Part shown: positions 26,838 through 39,322 of the stretch, in pieces
How the letters are laid out: each line of letters begins with the position of its first letter
How positions within the stretch are numbered: the stretch's first letter is position 1
Assembly (NCBI RefSeq): GCF_026571515.1
Contig: NW_026852109.1
Span: forward strand, 1 to 64,000
Source: Ruditapes philippinarum
Taxonomy: Eukaryota
Direction: 5' to 3'
DNA: 64,000 nt
The notes under the pieces: generated by a model
Told to the model about the DNA's origin: nothing
Databases searched by the model: none
What the model saw: only the letters and a program-made list of their open reading frames with translations
Position numbers and translations under genes: made by a program

Positions 26838-27957
26838 TTTTTATATGCCCGAAAAATTTTCGGGCATATTATGTTCTACCCCCTGGTGTCCGTCTGTCTG
26901 TCCGTCCGTAGGCAATTTGGTTTCCGGAGCATAACTTAAGTTCCATTTGGCCCACAATATTCAAACTTCATAGGATGATTGTCCATATTGGGTAAAAGAC
27001 TCCTATTGATTTTGGGGTCACAAGGTCAAAGGTCAAGGTCGCTATGACCTTAAAACTGAAAACAGTTTCCGGAGCATAACTAATGTCCCGTTTGGCCCAC
27101 AGTGTTCAAACTTCATAGGATTATTGTCCATATTTGGTAGAAGATCCCTATTGATTTTGGGGTCACAAGGTCAAAGGTCAAGGTCACTATGACCTTAAAA
27201 CTGAAAACAGTTTCTGGAGTATATCTTGAGTCCCATTTGGTCCACAGTGTTCAAACTTCATAGGATGATTGTCCATATTGGGTAGAAGACCCCTATTAAT
27301 TTTGAGGTCAAAGGTCAAGGTCACTATTACTTTGAAATTGAAAACAGTTTCTTGAGCATAACTTAAGTTCCGTTTAGTCTACAATATTCAAACTTCATAG
27401 GATGATTGTCCATATTGGGTAGAAAACCCCTATTGATCTTGGGGTCACAAGGTCAAAGGTCCAGATCACTATAACCTAAAAACTGAAAAACAGTTTTCGG
27501 AACATAATTTAAGTTTAATTTGGCCCACTGTGTTCAAACTTCATAGGCTGAGTGTCCATAATGGTTAGAAGACCCCTATTGATTTTGGGGTCACAAGGTC
27601 AAAGGTCAAGGTCACTATTTCTTTAAAACTGAAACAGTTTCCGGGGCAAAACTTAAGTTCCATTTGGCCCACAATATTCAAACTTCATAGGATGATTGTC
27701 CATAAAAGGTAGAAGACTCCTATTGATTTTAGGGTCACAAGGTCAAAGGTTAAGGTCACTATTACCTTAAAACTGAAAACAGTTTCCGGGGCATAGCTTA
27801 AATTCCATTTGGACCACAATATCCAAAACTTCATTGCAGGATTGTTATTTGAAGGAGGTAATACTTTATTTAATTCCAATGTCTTACAAATGCTTCATCT
27901 TTACTAGAAAAAAATCACTTTCAGGCATATAATGCTCCACCTAGCGGTGCTCTTGTT
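26838..27957 (+). mobile_element. HINE/pearl-type element with about seven ~145-bp tandem units
   Basis: 5' palindrome atatgcccgaaaaattttcgggcatat, (GTCC/GTCT)n, repeated aaacttcatagga and ggtcaaaggtcaagg units, 3' hairpin. Confidence 0.85.
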
Positions 27958-28348
27958 TGTTACTTTTAAGTACTCTTATTATATATCACTAATAATGCTT
28001 TGTTCTTACTAGTTTAAAAAATGAACACGTCAGGTCGATTAAATTGAGCTATTGTCTCTATTCTTCTGAAAGAAAAGACTATTGACCTCTGAAATATATA
28101 CTGTTAACCGTTTATCTAGTGAAATCCAAATTGTTACAGATAAGTCAATAGTCTAAACTTGCACTTTACACATATGCACTTTTATGTTATGCCCACAAGC
28201 TACATGCAAACATTTTGTCAACAAAACTTAAACAAACGCTTACATAATAAGATAACATCAATCAGTTCAAATTTTGTTCTCTGTATTTTTCTACATTTGA
28301 TTTTATATAATATGACAAAACATCTATCTACTTCTTAAGAATAATAAG

Positions 28349-28474
28349 GATAAGAATTATTCAGCCTCGAAATATGATTATTGAACCTCTCAGTCAACTA
28401 TTGATGGCGACTTTGTCGTGACAATAGTTACCTGGCTCAGGTCAGTAGTCATATTCCTTGGCTGAGCAGTTCTA
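28349..28474. repeat. Short imperfect palindromic element
   Basis: aagaattattcagcctcgaaatatgattattgaacct ... aggtcagtagtcatattccttggctgagcagttct arms. Confidence 0.5.
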
Positions 28475-28569
28475 ACCATTGGGATCTCTAGTAGTGGGCA
28501 GTTATATAGTATTTCATATTGTATATCTTAATTTTTTTATTTTCTGATGAAGGTTTATTTCATTTACAG

Positions 28570-30409
28570 GTTCCTGTGTTCATAAAGAGTGGATTTTTCA
28601 GTGTATCACTGATGGTATGATTCTCCCAACAGACTTTTTCTATTTAAACAAAGAGGATAACTATGTGAGTGGAAGTGACACAGAATCATCGGTAGTCACA
28701 TTTAAAGAACTAACTGATAAACCTCAAATCACCGTTCAAAGGGTTAAGTCCAAATCTGGTAAATTTGTAGCGAAAAAGCTGTGTTGTGTGTACTGTGAAA
28801 ACTTGACTTCAAAACTATACCGCCATCTTGAAAACAAACATGGCAATGAAATTGATGTCGCTCGTGCTTTAAGTTATCCTTGCAAGTCCAACGAAAGAAG
28901 AAAAGCATGGGCAGCACTTGCTGCGCGAGGCATGGCTGTCCATAATGAAAAAGTGAAAATGAAAGGCTCTGGCATTATTATTCCCAAATATAGACCAAGG
29001 AAATCAAAGCAAAAGCAGGAATATTTGCCATGTGAATTCTGTAGAGCAGAATTTATATCAACGGTACTGTGGAAACATCACAAAGCCTGCCCTCTGGAAC
29101 CAGACTTTATGAAAAGTGATGCTCCTGTCAAAAACTCGCGCCTGCTTCTTCCCGTGACAGTGCAATGTTCAAATGAATTTAAAAGCAACATACTTAAAAA
29201 CATGAGAGATGACATAATTACATGCAAGGTCAAGGGTGATCCTCTCATCATTCAGTTTGGGGAGAGAAAATTTGAAAAAATCGGAAAACATCATCATACT
29301 CACCAATACATATCTGAAAATATGAGGTCATTTGGAAGGCTCATGATTGCAGTAGCAGAAACAGACATCCATGTTACAAAACTTCAGCAGTGTTTGATAT
29401 CTAGAAACTGGGAGCTCCTGTTAAAGGCAGTAAAAAAAGTAGCTGAGTATGACATATCAACTTCAACTTTCAGAAAACCAACTCTTGCTCAAAAGCTTGG
29501 CCATTATATTAAGAAATGTGCAAAAATAGTTCTCATAAATGCCAGAAAAAATGAGGACAGTGAAATGAAAGAAAGAATACAGGACTTCTTAGAAACATAC
29601 CAAGCAGACTGGACTGAAAGAATTGGCTGCAAAGCCTACGAGTCTAAATCGGAGGCGAAATATAACAAGGTGCAAATGATACCGTTAGCGGAAGATGTGA
29701 AGAAATTAACAGAATACATTTCAGAAGAAATACAAATGACGGCATTATCAAGAGAAGATGACAATTTTAAACACAACAAGTTAGCTCAACTCTGCTTAGC
29801 ACAAGTGATTCTTTACAATCGAAAACGGGCAGGTGAAGTGCAAAGACTGAAGACAAACACCTACAGAGAAAGCTTCTGTTGCAGATGCTCCAGTTGATGA
29901 AGATGTAAAACGATGCATGTCAAAATTTGAACAATTTCTGTGTAGAAACCATAGTAGAATAGAAACACGAGGGAAGAAGGGTAGGAAAGTTGCCATTCTG
30001 CTTACTAAGACCATGAAAGCCAACATTGACCAGTTGATTTCTCTAAAGAATGAAGAAACAGAATACCTCTTTCAACTACCAGGAGCTAAGTTTCCATTAC
30101 GTGGGGCAGATGTTCTCAGAAGATTTACCTCAGAAGCTGCTTTAAAACATCCAAAGTCAGTTACATCCACTTCTTTGAGAAAACAACTTGCCACCATGTC
30201 ACAAGTTTTGAACTTAGACAACAACGATCAGGACATTCTAGCCAGGTTCACGGGTCATGATCTAAATGTTCATAGGGATTTTGATAGACTTCCTCAAAGC
30301 ACCTTGGAAGTTGCTAAGGTATCCAAAGTTCTTCATGCGCTCAATATTGGGTCACTGGATTCTATTAAAGGAAAGAATTTTGATGATATTGATGCTGAAG
30401 GAGATCTGG
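28570..30409 (+). CDS. Large exon: Zn-finger motifs plus tyrosine recombinase (Crypton-like/phage-integrase fold), frameshift at ~29865
   Basis: Joins ORFs 28617-29897 and 29917-30498. CxxC...H...H (CVYC..LYRHLENKH) and CxxC...H...C (CEFC..WKHHKAC). YR motifs: R in YNRKRAGEV, K in RGKKGR, R in TSLRKQLAT, H in GHD, and the expected Y position in VHRDF[D]RLP. Acceptor tttacag at 28569, donor gtaatt at 30410. Confidence 0.88.
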
Positions 30410-30612
30410 GTAATTTGCTATTGTATTTTATATTATCTGAATTAAGAATTTATATCATTAGCTTACACCCTCATGTAATCCAAAGATTCAAATTATAGAA
30501 TTATAACAATGAATGAATTATATATAAATTAAATAACATATTTATCAGTGTTTGACTAAATTTAATCAACATACCCCTATTGAAATAATGGGCTATAAGT
30601 TCTTGGTGCAAG

Positions 30613-31152
30613 TTTTTGTGCCCCCTCTCTAAAGAAGGGGGTATATATATTTGCCCTTGTCTGTATGTCTGTCAGTCAGCACAACTGAAATCGTATAGGG
30701 GGCCATCTAAGTGTAAACAAAACAACAGGAAAAAACAGTTCATTCCGTAACAAAAAAGTAAGGGGCCATGGCCCTCTTTTAAAAAAATAACAAAAGAAAT
30801 TGTTCTGATTTTGCTGGGTGTCCGTTTTCTCCTCCATCCAAATAATCTTGTCAATCATCTTGTGTTGCATGTCTTTCAAAAATGATTTGAACCAGAGTTA
30901 TGAAACTTCATATGAATGTTAATCATCTTGTGATGTATTGCACCTTGTGTTATTTTTGTCACATAATTATTGCCCTTGAGAGTGTTTATTGAGTATGTAA
31001 TCTCGAAAACAATATTGAAACTTCATATGAATGTTAAGCTTGATTTGTAGAGCACCAACTTTGTTAGGATTGCATTATATGACTACTGTACTAAGCTCTT
31101 TTGACAATGGCCAGAAGAGGGGGTGCCTGTGTCCTTTGAACACATTTCTTGT
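30613..31152 (+). mobile_element. Degenerate HINE, family of 1939-2723
   Basis: tttttgtgccccc start, gcccttgtctgt microsatellite, ggggtgcctgtgtcctttgaacacatttcttgt end. Confidence 0.65.
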
Positions 31153-31178
31153 CTCACTTATATTACTTGGCAAGATCA

Positions 31179-31449
31179 GGGCCGTCCGTGGCCGAGTGGT
31201 TAAGGTCGTTGACTTCAAACCACTTGCCCCTCATCGCTGTGGGTTTGAATCCAGACAGGGATTCTTTCATGAGAGGAAGCTATCCAGCTAGCTTACTGAA
31301 CGTCAGTGGTTCTACTCAGGTGCCCGTTTGTGCCTGAAATAATGCACGGAAGGGCACCTGAGGTCTTCCTCCACCAGTAAAGCTGGAACGTCGCGATATG
31401 ACATATACTGTGTTGATGTGACGTAAAACCCAAACAAACAAACAAACAA
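31179..31449 (+). mobile_element. tRNA-derived SINE with (CAAA)n tail and target-site duplication
   Basis: A box tggccgagtggt, B box gggtttgaatcc, tail caaacaaacaaa, flanking cttggc(a/c)agatca on both sides. Confidence 0.9.
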
Positions 31450-32266
31450 GCTTGGCCAGATCAAAGTTTTCAACAATGGCTTGCAAATATGACAATGTTA
31501 TTTTAAGTAGTCAGTTTTTTAGATATATTATAGTGATTTGGACACAATTTAAACAATTTTTGATAAAGCATTCAACAATGCATTTTTTAAATCCATTTCT
31601 TTACATATTCCATTTGTAATTGATATGTGCAAGAAAAATAATCAGCCACTGGTAACGATGCAAATGTGAATGCAGAGCTTCGGGCTGGAAATTCCTGTCT
31701 GCACCAGTTACTAATGTAAAATTTTTATCTCTCAAACAAACAGGCTAAACTATCCACTAGCCTGACAGTTAATTTTAGTATGTTAAAATATTTAACCTGT
31801 CCAGTATGATTTTAGCTTGTCAGACACTCCCAGGCATTTGCTTATATCAAACAATGTTTTATTTTGCTTAGTAGTTCCCATTTTGTTTATTTAGATACAT
31901 TATTGTCGCTTATTGACTGTTGGAAAACTCCTAAATATAAATAATTTGTGAATTTATTTTCATGTACTTTCAAAAAGTCTGATTCTTCATCTTCATAAGG
32001 AAGAGTAACTTGGAAAAAAGAATAGGATTGAATCTTATGATTGTTTTGCAAGACTATTTTGATAAAAGCAAAAAATGTTTTTGGTTTTAAATTGCGTTGT
32101 ATTTTATTTGAATTTGGATGGAAGATATCATATTGTTTAATAACAAATATGAATACCTTAATACATGATCACAGAATTCCACTTGCAAAAAAAAAACCCC
32201 AGATGCTATACTTCAAGAAATAAATGATCATCTTGTACTTGAGATTGCAAATTTTCTTTCATGCAG

Positions 32267-32413
32267 AGTATGAACCAGCAAGTGATGAAGACGATGACAA
32301 TATTGTGGAGCCTACTGATGGTGTGGTGGAGAATGATAACAGTGACAGGGAAGACGTTTTTTCAGAATACTCTGATGATTCGGAGGCTGATGCTTCATGC
32401 AAGAAACCTATAG
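32267..32413 (+). CDS. Acidic exon (EYEPASDEDDDNIVEPTDG...SEADASCKKPI)
   Basis: atgcag acceptor, gtaaca donor, 147 nt, phase 1-1. Confidence 0.8.
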   Translation, partial: SMNQQVMKTMTILWSLLMVWWRMITVTGKTFFQNTLMIRRLMLHARNL

Positions 32414-33373
32414 GTAACAACTTATTTAACGATAAAATACTGAAAAGAAGCAACATATGACTGGACTAAGCTTGACTGCCATTATCTTAATGCCAAAAGA
32501 AGATAAAATGAAACACTTATTGTTGAGTCATTGGCATTGATTGATAAAAATATACACAAATTAAAGCTCTATGTATCTTTTTTTTAGCTATTAAAGCCTA
32601 GGAATGTGTTTGTGGTAGAAGAATTACACAAAGTAAAATATGTTAGCTAAAGATAATCAAACAAATGAAAATGAAGAAAACATTGTATTTCACCTATAAA
32701 TTCGCCAAATTTTTGGGGAATACCCAGGCATTCCCATAACGGTTACTAACCAGCAGGAAGGATAATTTTGCAAAATTACATGAAGCATGGAAAAGAACCA
32801 GACAATGAACAGGGCTTGTGAGTAAAGGAAGCATTTCAAAAACTAAATATTTTGTCATTTTTGTTCGGAGGTAAAGCCCTTTCGATAGAACAATTTTTAC
32901 AAATACGTTCAGAGGCTTTAAAGATATACTACTCTCAAATTTGATTTTTGAAAATACTAATAATTGCTACACAGTCTCTTTGTATTTATAAAATAAGCAT
33001 GTTTCGACTTCATTTAAAGTAGATATGTTATGTTTTGAACTCTACACACTATAGGTGGTCACAATATGAATATATAATGTCATTAAAAAACTTGCAGTTT
33101 TTTTAAGAAAAGACCAACTTTACTTGACCTGTAATATGGAATGCAGTTTCCCATACATAGTTTGTTCATTATTTTATTCAAATTAAATTCAGTAAGAATT
33201 TCATGGATTTCAATACATTTTTAAGATAAAAATATTTTACTCAAAGATGAGCATAGTATATCTTTAAAGTTTCAATGAGATGGTACTTAGTATTCATTAC
33301 TATTATTTATCAATATAAATTGTTTGGTTTAGACCATGCTATTTTCATATGTCAAAATTATTATATACTTCAG

Positions 33374-33600
33374 GAAAGAGGAGAAAAATATCACAGAAAA
33401 CACCTTGGTCCAAAGAGGAGCAGGACATTGTTTTTAGTGAATTTAAGAAGTGTTTCACACTAAATGTTCTCCCAAAGAAGCTGGAATGTGAGCAGCTAAT
33501 AAAAAAGCACCCAGTTCTTACAAGAAGGACTTGGACTATGGTCAAAGGATTTGTACGAACAAGGCAACTTGCTATGAAGAGACAAAAATCATGCAATTGA
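33374..33600 (+). CDS. Terminal exon, Myb/SANT-like helix-turn-helix (KTPWSKEEQDIV...PKKLECEQLIKKHPVLTRRTWTMVKGFVR)
   Basis: PWSxEE and RxWxxVK Myb-like signature, TGA at 33598-33600, AATAAA immediately after. Confidence 0.8.
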
Positions 33601-35735
33601 AATAAATAATAGTTAGGTTTCGTAATCGCAGAAACAATTGTACAATTTACTGTGCCAGTTTGTGAAAAAAGGCTGAGTTTTGAACAATCTTGTAGTATTG
33701 ATTCGAAGTGATAATGGCTTTTGGATGAATAGTGTTATTATAAGTAATATGTTCTATAAAACTAGACCCTTGTGTGAGTGCTCCATGATTGGCATGCATA
33801 CCACCATCAAACTTCAAGTACTTTACATTTTCATCTGAACGACTTTAAGTAGTCCATTACGAAAGTCAATGAGACTGTATTCTGGGTGATACCTTGTGAC
33901 CTACCATTATGTGGATATAGTTGCATTCGATACATTATTATGTTGGTGATTTGTAAGTTCAGAATCAAGCACCTGTGTTTATTTTTGGTTATGATGTCTA
34001 TTTTAAGATATATTGTCCGTCAGTGGGATTTTCCACCATAGTCGGAAAAATATTGGAAAAAAAATTATTTTGCTTGCTGTCGCAAATATCAAGTGGTTCT
34101 GTCTCCGATGAAAATGAAAAATTCATATGCTCATATATAGATATATTAGGCGCATATTTCAGATTTGTTCAAAACGATTGGGTTTTTGTTGTTGTTGTTT
34201 TTTTATTCCATTCTGCAAATCGACAAATTTAATACAACAGATTTGGTAATTTTTTACTTGAGACATGGTATACTCAATTATCATTATTTGCTTAGAATAT
34301 ACGACTAGTAACTGTGCTTTACATTTTCGGTGAGTTATGACCTCTTTATTCTTAAAAATTGTTTATATACTTTGATAAAATGTAAGTGTAGATACGCTAA
34401 GTCTTTGAAAAGTCATTTGAATGTTATACCGCTAAGCGATGCTTTTGTTAAAGTTTTTGGTATCACACTGCTAGGATTTGAACCCCAGACCTCAAGCATT
34501 CTAAGCTGGCTGTCACTTAACTCTATATAGGCAGTCTATTTTTGAATGTATATGTTTATGCGATTGTAAGTGTGAACAGGTCTGTTTGAATATCCTTATT
34601 TTACAGTGAGTGTGTTTGAATGGTCTTATTTTATAGTGAGTGTGTCTTCGATTGGAACCTATTATACTGAGAGTCATGAAGTGGAGTAGATTATGCCTAG
34701 TATGTACACATCTGAAATATGCCTTCAATTGGCATTCATTTTACAGTGTGTCCTCAATTGGAAGTGAAAGCTTGTTCTTTCACACATTTGAAGCTTCTTG
34801 TTCATCATATTACATGCAATATAAATTTATTGTGCTTCTTTCTGTTAGTCATTTATTATGAATGAAATTTTGGTGACTGTCAAGAATGAAATTTTGGTGA
34901 CTGTCAAGATAAATATTAAATAAACTTGGTATAAATATTTATTAGCTTAACATTAGTCTGTGCTCCATCCATTTATCTGTCTTACTCATAACAGTTTGGC
35001 AATAGCTTCTAAATTGGATTTATAATTTAGGGTATTTGTTACTTTAGTGATACTCATTGGTCCTATGAAAACCTACTTAGCAGGTTATGGAAAAGTGTCA
35101 AGGACACTGATGCTGAATATGCACCTTCTGTGGCACATGTCACATTTATTTACTGTCCTGGTTTCAGACTGAATATTCTTTACCTCATTAAGTTGTTATA
35201 GTGTCCTTGTATTATGAAACTGTCTGGAAGTCAAACTTGTTGAACTAAAAATAGTAGAAATATTAAGAGTTGAGAAGGGAAATCTCAACAATGAAATCAT
35301 TGAGAAATATTTCGTAGCTTCTGCACTGAATTAAAATTAAAGTTGTTTTATTTGAAGTTATTTAACTTCACAGATTCGTTTGTTAAATGATTAAAAGGAA
35401 TTTTCGTAATTATTTATTGTTGCACAAGCATATAAGTTTACACAGGAATTTTTTTATGAAATATTCAACTATGACTTCATTGTTAAAATTTCCCTAATGA
35501 AATTGCCTATTCTTTGTTACCGTATCATATGTTAAATTAAAAAATGGAACAGCAGAGTCTGGTGGTAAATAAGTGAAAAAGTTTTTGAATTAAATTCATG
35601 GAGTAAGTGTTGTTTGATCAGAATTATGTGTGAGTAGAAAATGAAATGTTATATGTGAAAGGAACTGACTATGAAATTGTCAAAATAAACTGTATATATA
35701 TTGAAGTTAAGTTTAGATAATACCTCCTATTATTG

Positions 35736-37230
35736 TTATGTCTCCCCCTACTTTGGGACGTTTTGGTTTTGCCCTGTATGTCTTGGCTCTAGAGAACTAT
35801 TTGTTTTGCTGCTTTCCTATTATCCCCCACGACAAAGCGGGAGGGGGATATAGAAATGCTGTAAGTCTTAGTCTATCAGTCAGTCTTTCCGGATTTTGCT
35901 TGTCTGGACGAAAACTTTAAAACCTTACAAGGGAATTCAGAGATACTTGGCTGTCAATGAGAGAGAGTGCAGTGCACAAAAACCATAACTCTATATATAC
36001 AATACTTTTGAATTATCTCCCTTTCGATACTTAAAAATTGTTTGTCAGCTCAATAACCAGGAAACTACTGAAGGGCAATTAAAGAAACTTAATTTTTCTT
36101 TTAGGTGGCAGTGAGAAGAAGTGCAGTGAACAAGAAGCATAACTCTTCATTTTTTAATTATCTCCCTTTTTATTAAAATTTGTTTATCTGCTCAATTACT
36201 TGAGTTTGGTTTGATCTACAGTCTTTCAAACTTCATATGATTGAAACACAAAAGGTCATTATCATGACTACCATTGTGAAGCTAAGTATTGCGCACATAA
36301 TCCAGGTCCATTAATATTTGCAAGGTCAAGGTCACTAGAGATGATAAAATATCCAGATATTGTCCGGATATTGCCCAGAGCATATCTGCTATATGCATAT
36401 CTATAATTCCCACATCTCTGACAAAAGCTTTTGTGACAAGCGTATTTTGCGACAATGTTGCCCTTGTTGTGAATTTAGTTTCTGCTCTACATCATACGGC
36501 TTTCATATTTTAATGATACATGAAAGCGTTGCTTCCATATGCAAGGAGATAGGGGGTTGGGGGGGGAGTGGAGACATGCTTTTTCTGCAACGCAATTTCT
36601 GTATTTTTAGCTCACCTGTCACAAAGATACAGGGTGAGCTTTTGTGATCGCTTTTCGTCCAGCGTCCGTCCGTCCGTAAACTTTTATTTTAAATGACATC
36701 TCCTCATAATCCACTAAGCCAATTTCATCCAAACTTCACAGGAATGTTCCTTTGGTGGTCACCTTTAAAAATTGTTCAAAGAATTTAATTCCATGCAGAA
36801 CTCTGGTTGCCATGGCAAGTGAAAGAAAAAACTTTAAATATCTTCTTTTAAAAATCCAAAGAGCTAGAGCTTAGATATTTAGCATGAAGCATCTTCTAGT
36901 GAGTGTCTACCAAGTTTGTTCAAATAAAAGCCCTGGGGTCAAAATTGGCCCCACCCCAGGGGGTCATTGATTTTCCCTATATGCATATAGTAAAAACTTA
37001 AAAAATCTTCTTTTAAAGCACCCAAAGAGCTAGAGCGAAGATATTTAACATGAAACATCTTCTAATGAGTGTCTACTAAGTGTTCAAATAAAAGCCCTGG
37101 GGTCAAAATTGGCCCTGCCCCAGGGGGTCATTGATTTTCCCTATATGCATATAGTAAAAACATAAAAAACTTCTTTTAAAGAACTCAAAGAGCTAAAGCT
37201 AAGATATTTAGCATGATACATCTTCTAGTG
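35736..37230 (+). mobile_element. Adjacent or nested HINE-like elements
   Basis: tatcccccacgac..gggggata start at ~35820. A second start tttttagctcacctg..gtgagct at 36604 is followed by (GTCC)n and tandem units (aagagctagagc..., ggtcaaaattggccc). Confidence 0.65.
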
Positions 37231-39322
37231 GGATAGTAATGAGTATTCAAATATCTTGGTGACTACTTTCGTACTCCAAAGAAATACTTTCATCTTCTCC
37301 AGTTAATATGTGTGGTAACTTTAGCTTGGAACTTTAAAGGCAGTATTGCTTGACAGTTATTAGTTATGGACTGTATAAAATGCATATTGTTTGACTAAAC
37401 AAGGACTGGCAAGTGCTCAAACTGTAATTTAGATACCCATTACTATCCATAGTACATGTCTGTTTTGCGTTTAAAGTGAAATATATTGATAGGCAGATGA
37501 TTTATAGTTATCGTATTCATATTAAAAGGGAAAAAAGAATAGCGTTCTTTTATTATTGTATAAGTTAGCTTATCCTTTTATGTGTAATGTGTATGCCTGT
37601 AGAAAAGGGGGGGAGGGGCAATAATTTCCCAGTCGCAATAAACTAGCGCCTTTAGCTTAGGGCCGGTTCGACTGTTATTCCTTCCACCCACCTTGGGTGG
37701 GGTGGGAGAGGATAACAAACATGATGCCCAGCAAAATAAGACAAACACACAGTGATGATTAATGAAAGCATAAATTGATGTCTTGAACTATTCCTAACGC
37801 AGACCTTACTTACCGCCGTCAGATAATTATATCACATAATTACAGAATATAGACATCTAGTTATATACCGAAGATACTGTAGGACATCGTACGCCAGAAT
37901 TACTGCTAGATAAAACTACACATAATGTGCCTTTTAAAAGATTTTATACGTTTTGTGAACATGAACAACAACCTTTACAGAGAAACATTTGCGTGCGTGC
38001 AGTTTACCACGAAAAAATAATAGAATTGCCATTTTGTGAATTATGTTGTTCATGAAAATATGAGCGTTTTCTAATTATTCATACATTGCATGTTGTAAAG
38101 ACTACTTTGTTCCTACACTTTCAATGCATATTTCGTTGCCACTGATTTATGTAATATATGTTTATTACATCGAACAACAGAGAAATCTTCGCTGTATTTG
38201 AATCGACTTCTCATTGCCATAATTGAGTATGTTTTCAAGAAATAGAAATATAATAAACGTTGTCCCTTATCAATAGGTCTACAAGAAATTGATTTCTTTG
38301 TTTTTCCTCGTTACATTTAATGACAAGGACAAAGTTATACCAATGCATCTTACTCTTTACACGAGAGTGACGTTTCTTCGATTGCCCAAACTCAATACTA
38401 GCAACAAATAAAAAAAATGCAGTCCCGTTGAATATCCCCCATTCCAGGCAAAATTGCAATTTAAGTTGATAACCATCAAATAATAAATACTCTTAATGCA
38501 CCAAATACCCATGTCCGTTTGTCACACTGGTTGAATGCATCCCACAGTTTATTGACGTTTTAAAGTAAGAACGATAATATTACGATGTAAAAACATGATC
38601 CCAAAGTGTGTTTGCGTGAGACCAGAGCCAATAAAGGACTGCCAGACAAGATGCATACACGCATTCACGAATCATTTAAGAATAATCAAACTTTAACCAC
38701 AGAAATGCAATAAAGCATTGTTTAAAGTCAATATGTAAACATGTAATGGATGAACTCTCTAAAGAAAGTCATAGAAGCGAACCAACGCTTGTCACACATG
38801 ATAAATCTTTATTTCTAATACATGTATCTTTAATGCCTTCTAGGAAATGTTTATCTTTTAATATTTCGGAAACATCTACGTAAAAGGCGTAAAATATGAA
38901 CAATAAACATATCAATGCTTTGAACAATGTCGTTTAGCTAGCCTATTATTTCGAGTGACTCGAGCAGACAATGCTGAGTGTGTCCAAATCTAGAATATGT
39001 CCTTAATTTGCATTCATTTTGTTGAGTGTGTCCTCAGTTGGAGACTTCTGTCACACATTTAAACTATTACTCGCAATAGAAATGTATTGTTCTACTTTCT
39101 ATTAAATTTAAGATGGATGAATATATTGACACCCAATTAACGGACAAATTGCATCTTTAATGATGAACCTTTGATGTAAAGTACATGTGTATTGTTAAGA
39201 GTAGGGAAATGAGTTATATGATTTTTGTATCGGTATTTGAGATTAAGAAATAATTTACTTGATTAGAATCATGTATTGCTTATTTGCTACTTTTTGTGTT
39301 TTACTTGTAGCTTAAACTTGGT

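Larger units (their letters stand above)
6191..33600 (+). pseudogene. Multi-exon (~25 exons) SET - 19-aa exon repeats - tandem BRCT - Zn-finger - tyrosine recombinase - Myb/SANT-like gene; this copy is frameshifted
   Basis: Hand-assembled exons, all with AG/GT boundaries: 6187-6261 (tentative), 6589-6749, 7590-7776, 10765-10857, 11904-11976, 14074-14134, eleven 57-nt exons in 14502-22312, 23403-23467, 23703-23778, 25044-25168, 25694-25802, 26312-26410, 28570-30409, 32267-32413, 33374-33600, then AATAAA at 33601. Phases match at every junction from 10765 onward. The 5' end and the 7776-10765 link (needs a phase 0->2 exon) are unresolved. Confidence 0.8.

Noticed and set aside
28617-30498. Phage or bacterial integrase from contamination or lateral transfer; DIRS retroelement
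   Set aside because: It is embedded in a spliceosomal exon chain with eukaryotic domains and host repeats in the introns. No RT/RNase H or gag is nearby.
37600-37735. G/C-rich hairpin ccacccaccttgggtgggg, possible DIRS or Helitron end
   Set aside because: No partner terminus or coding remnant found; insufficient support.
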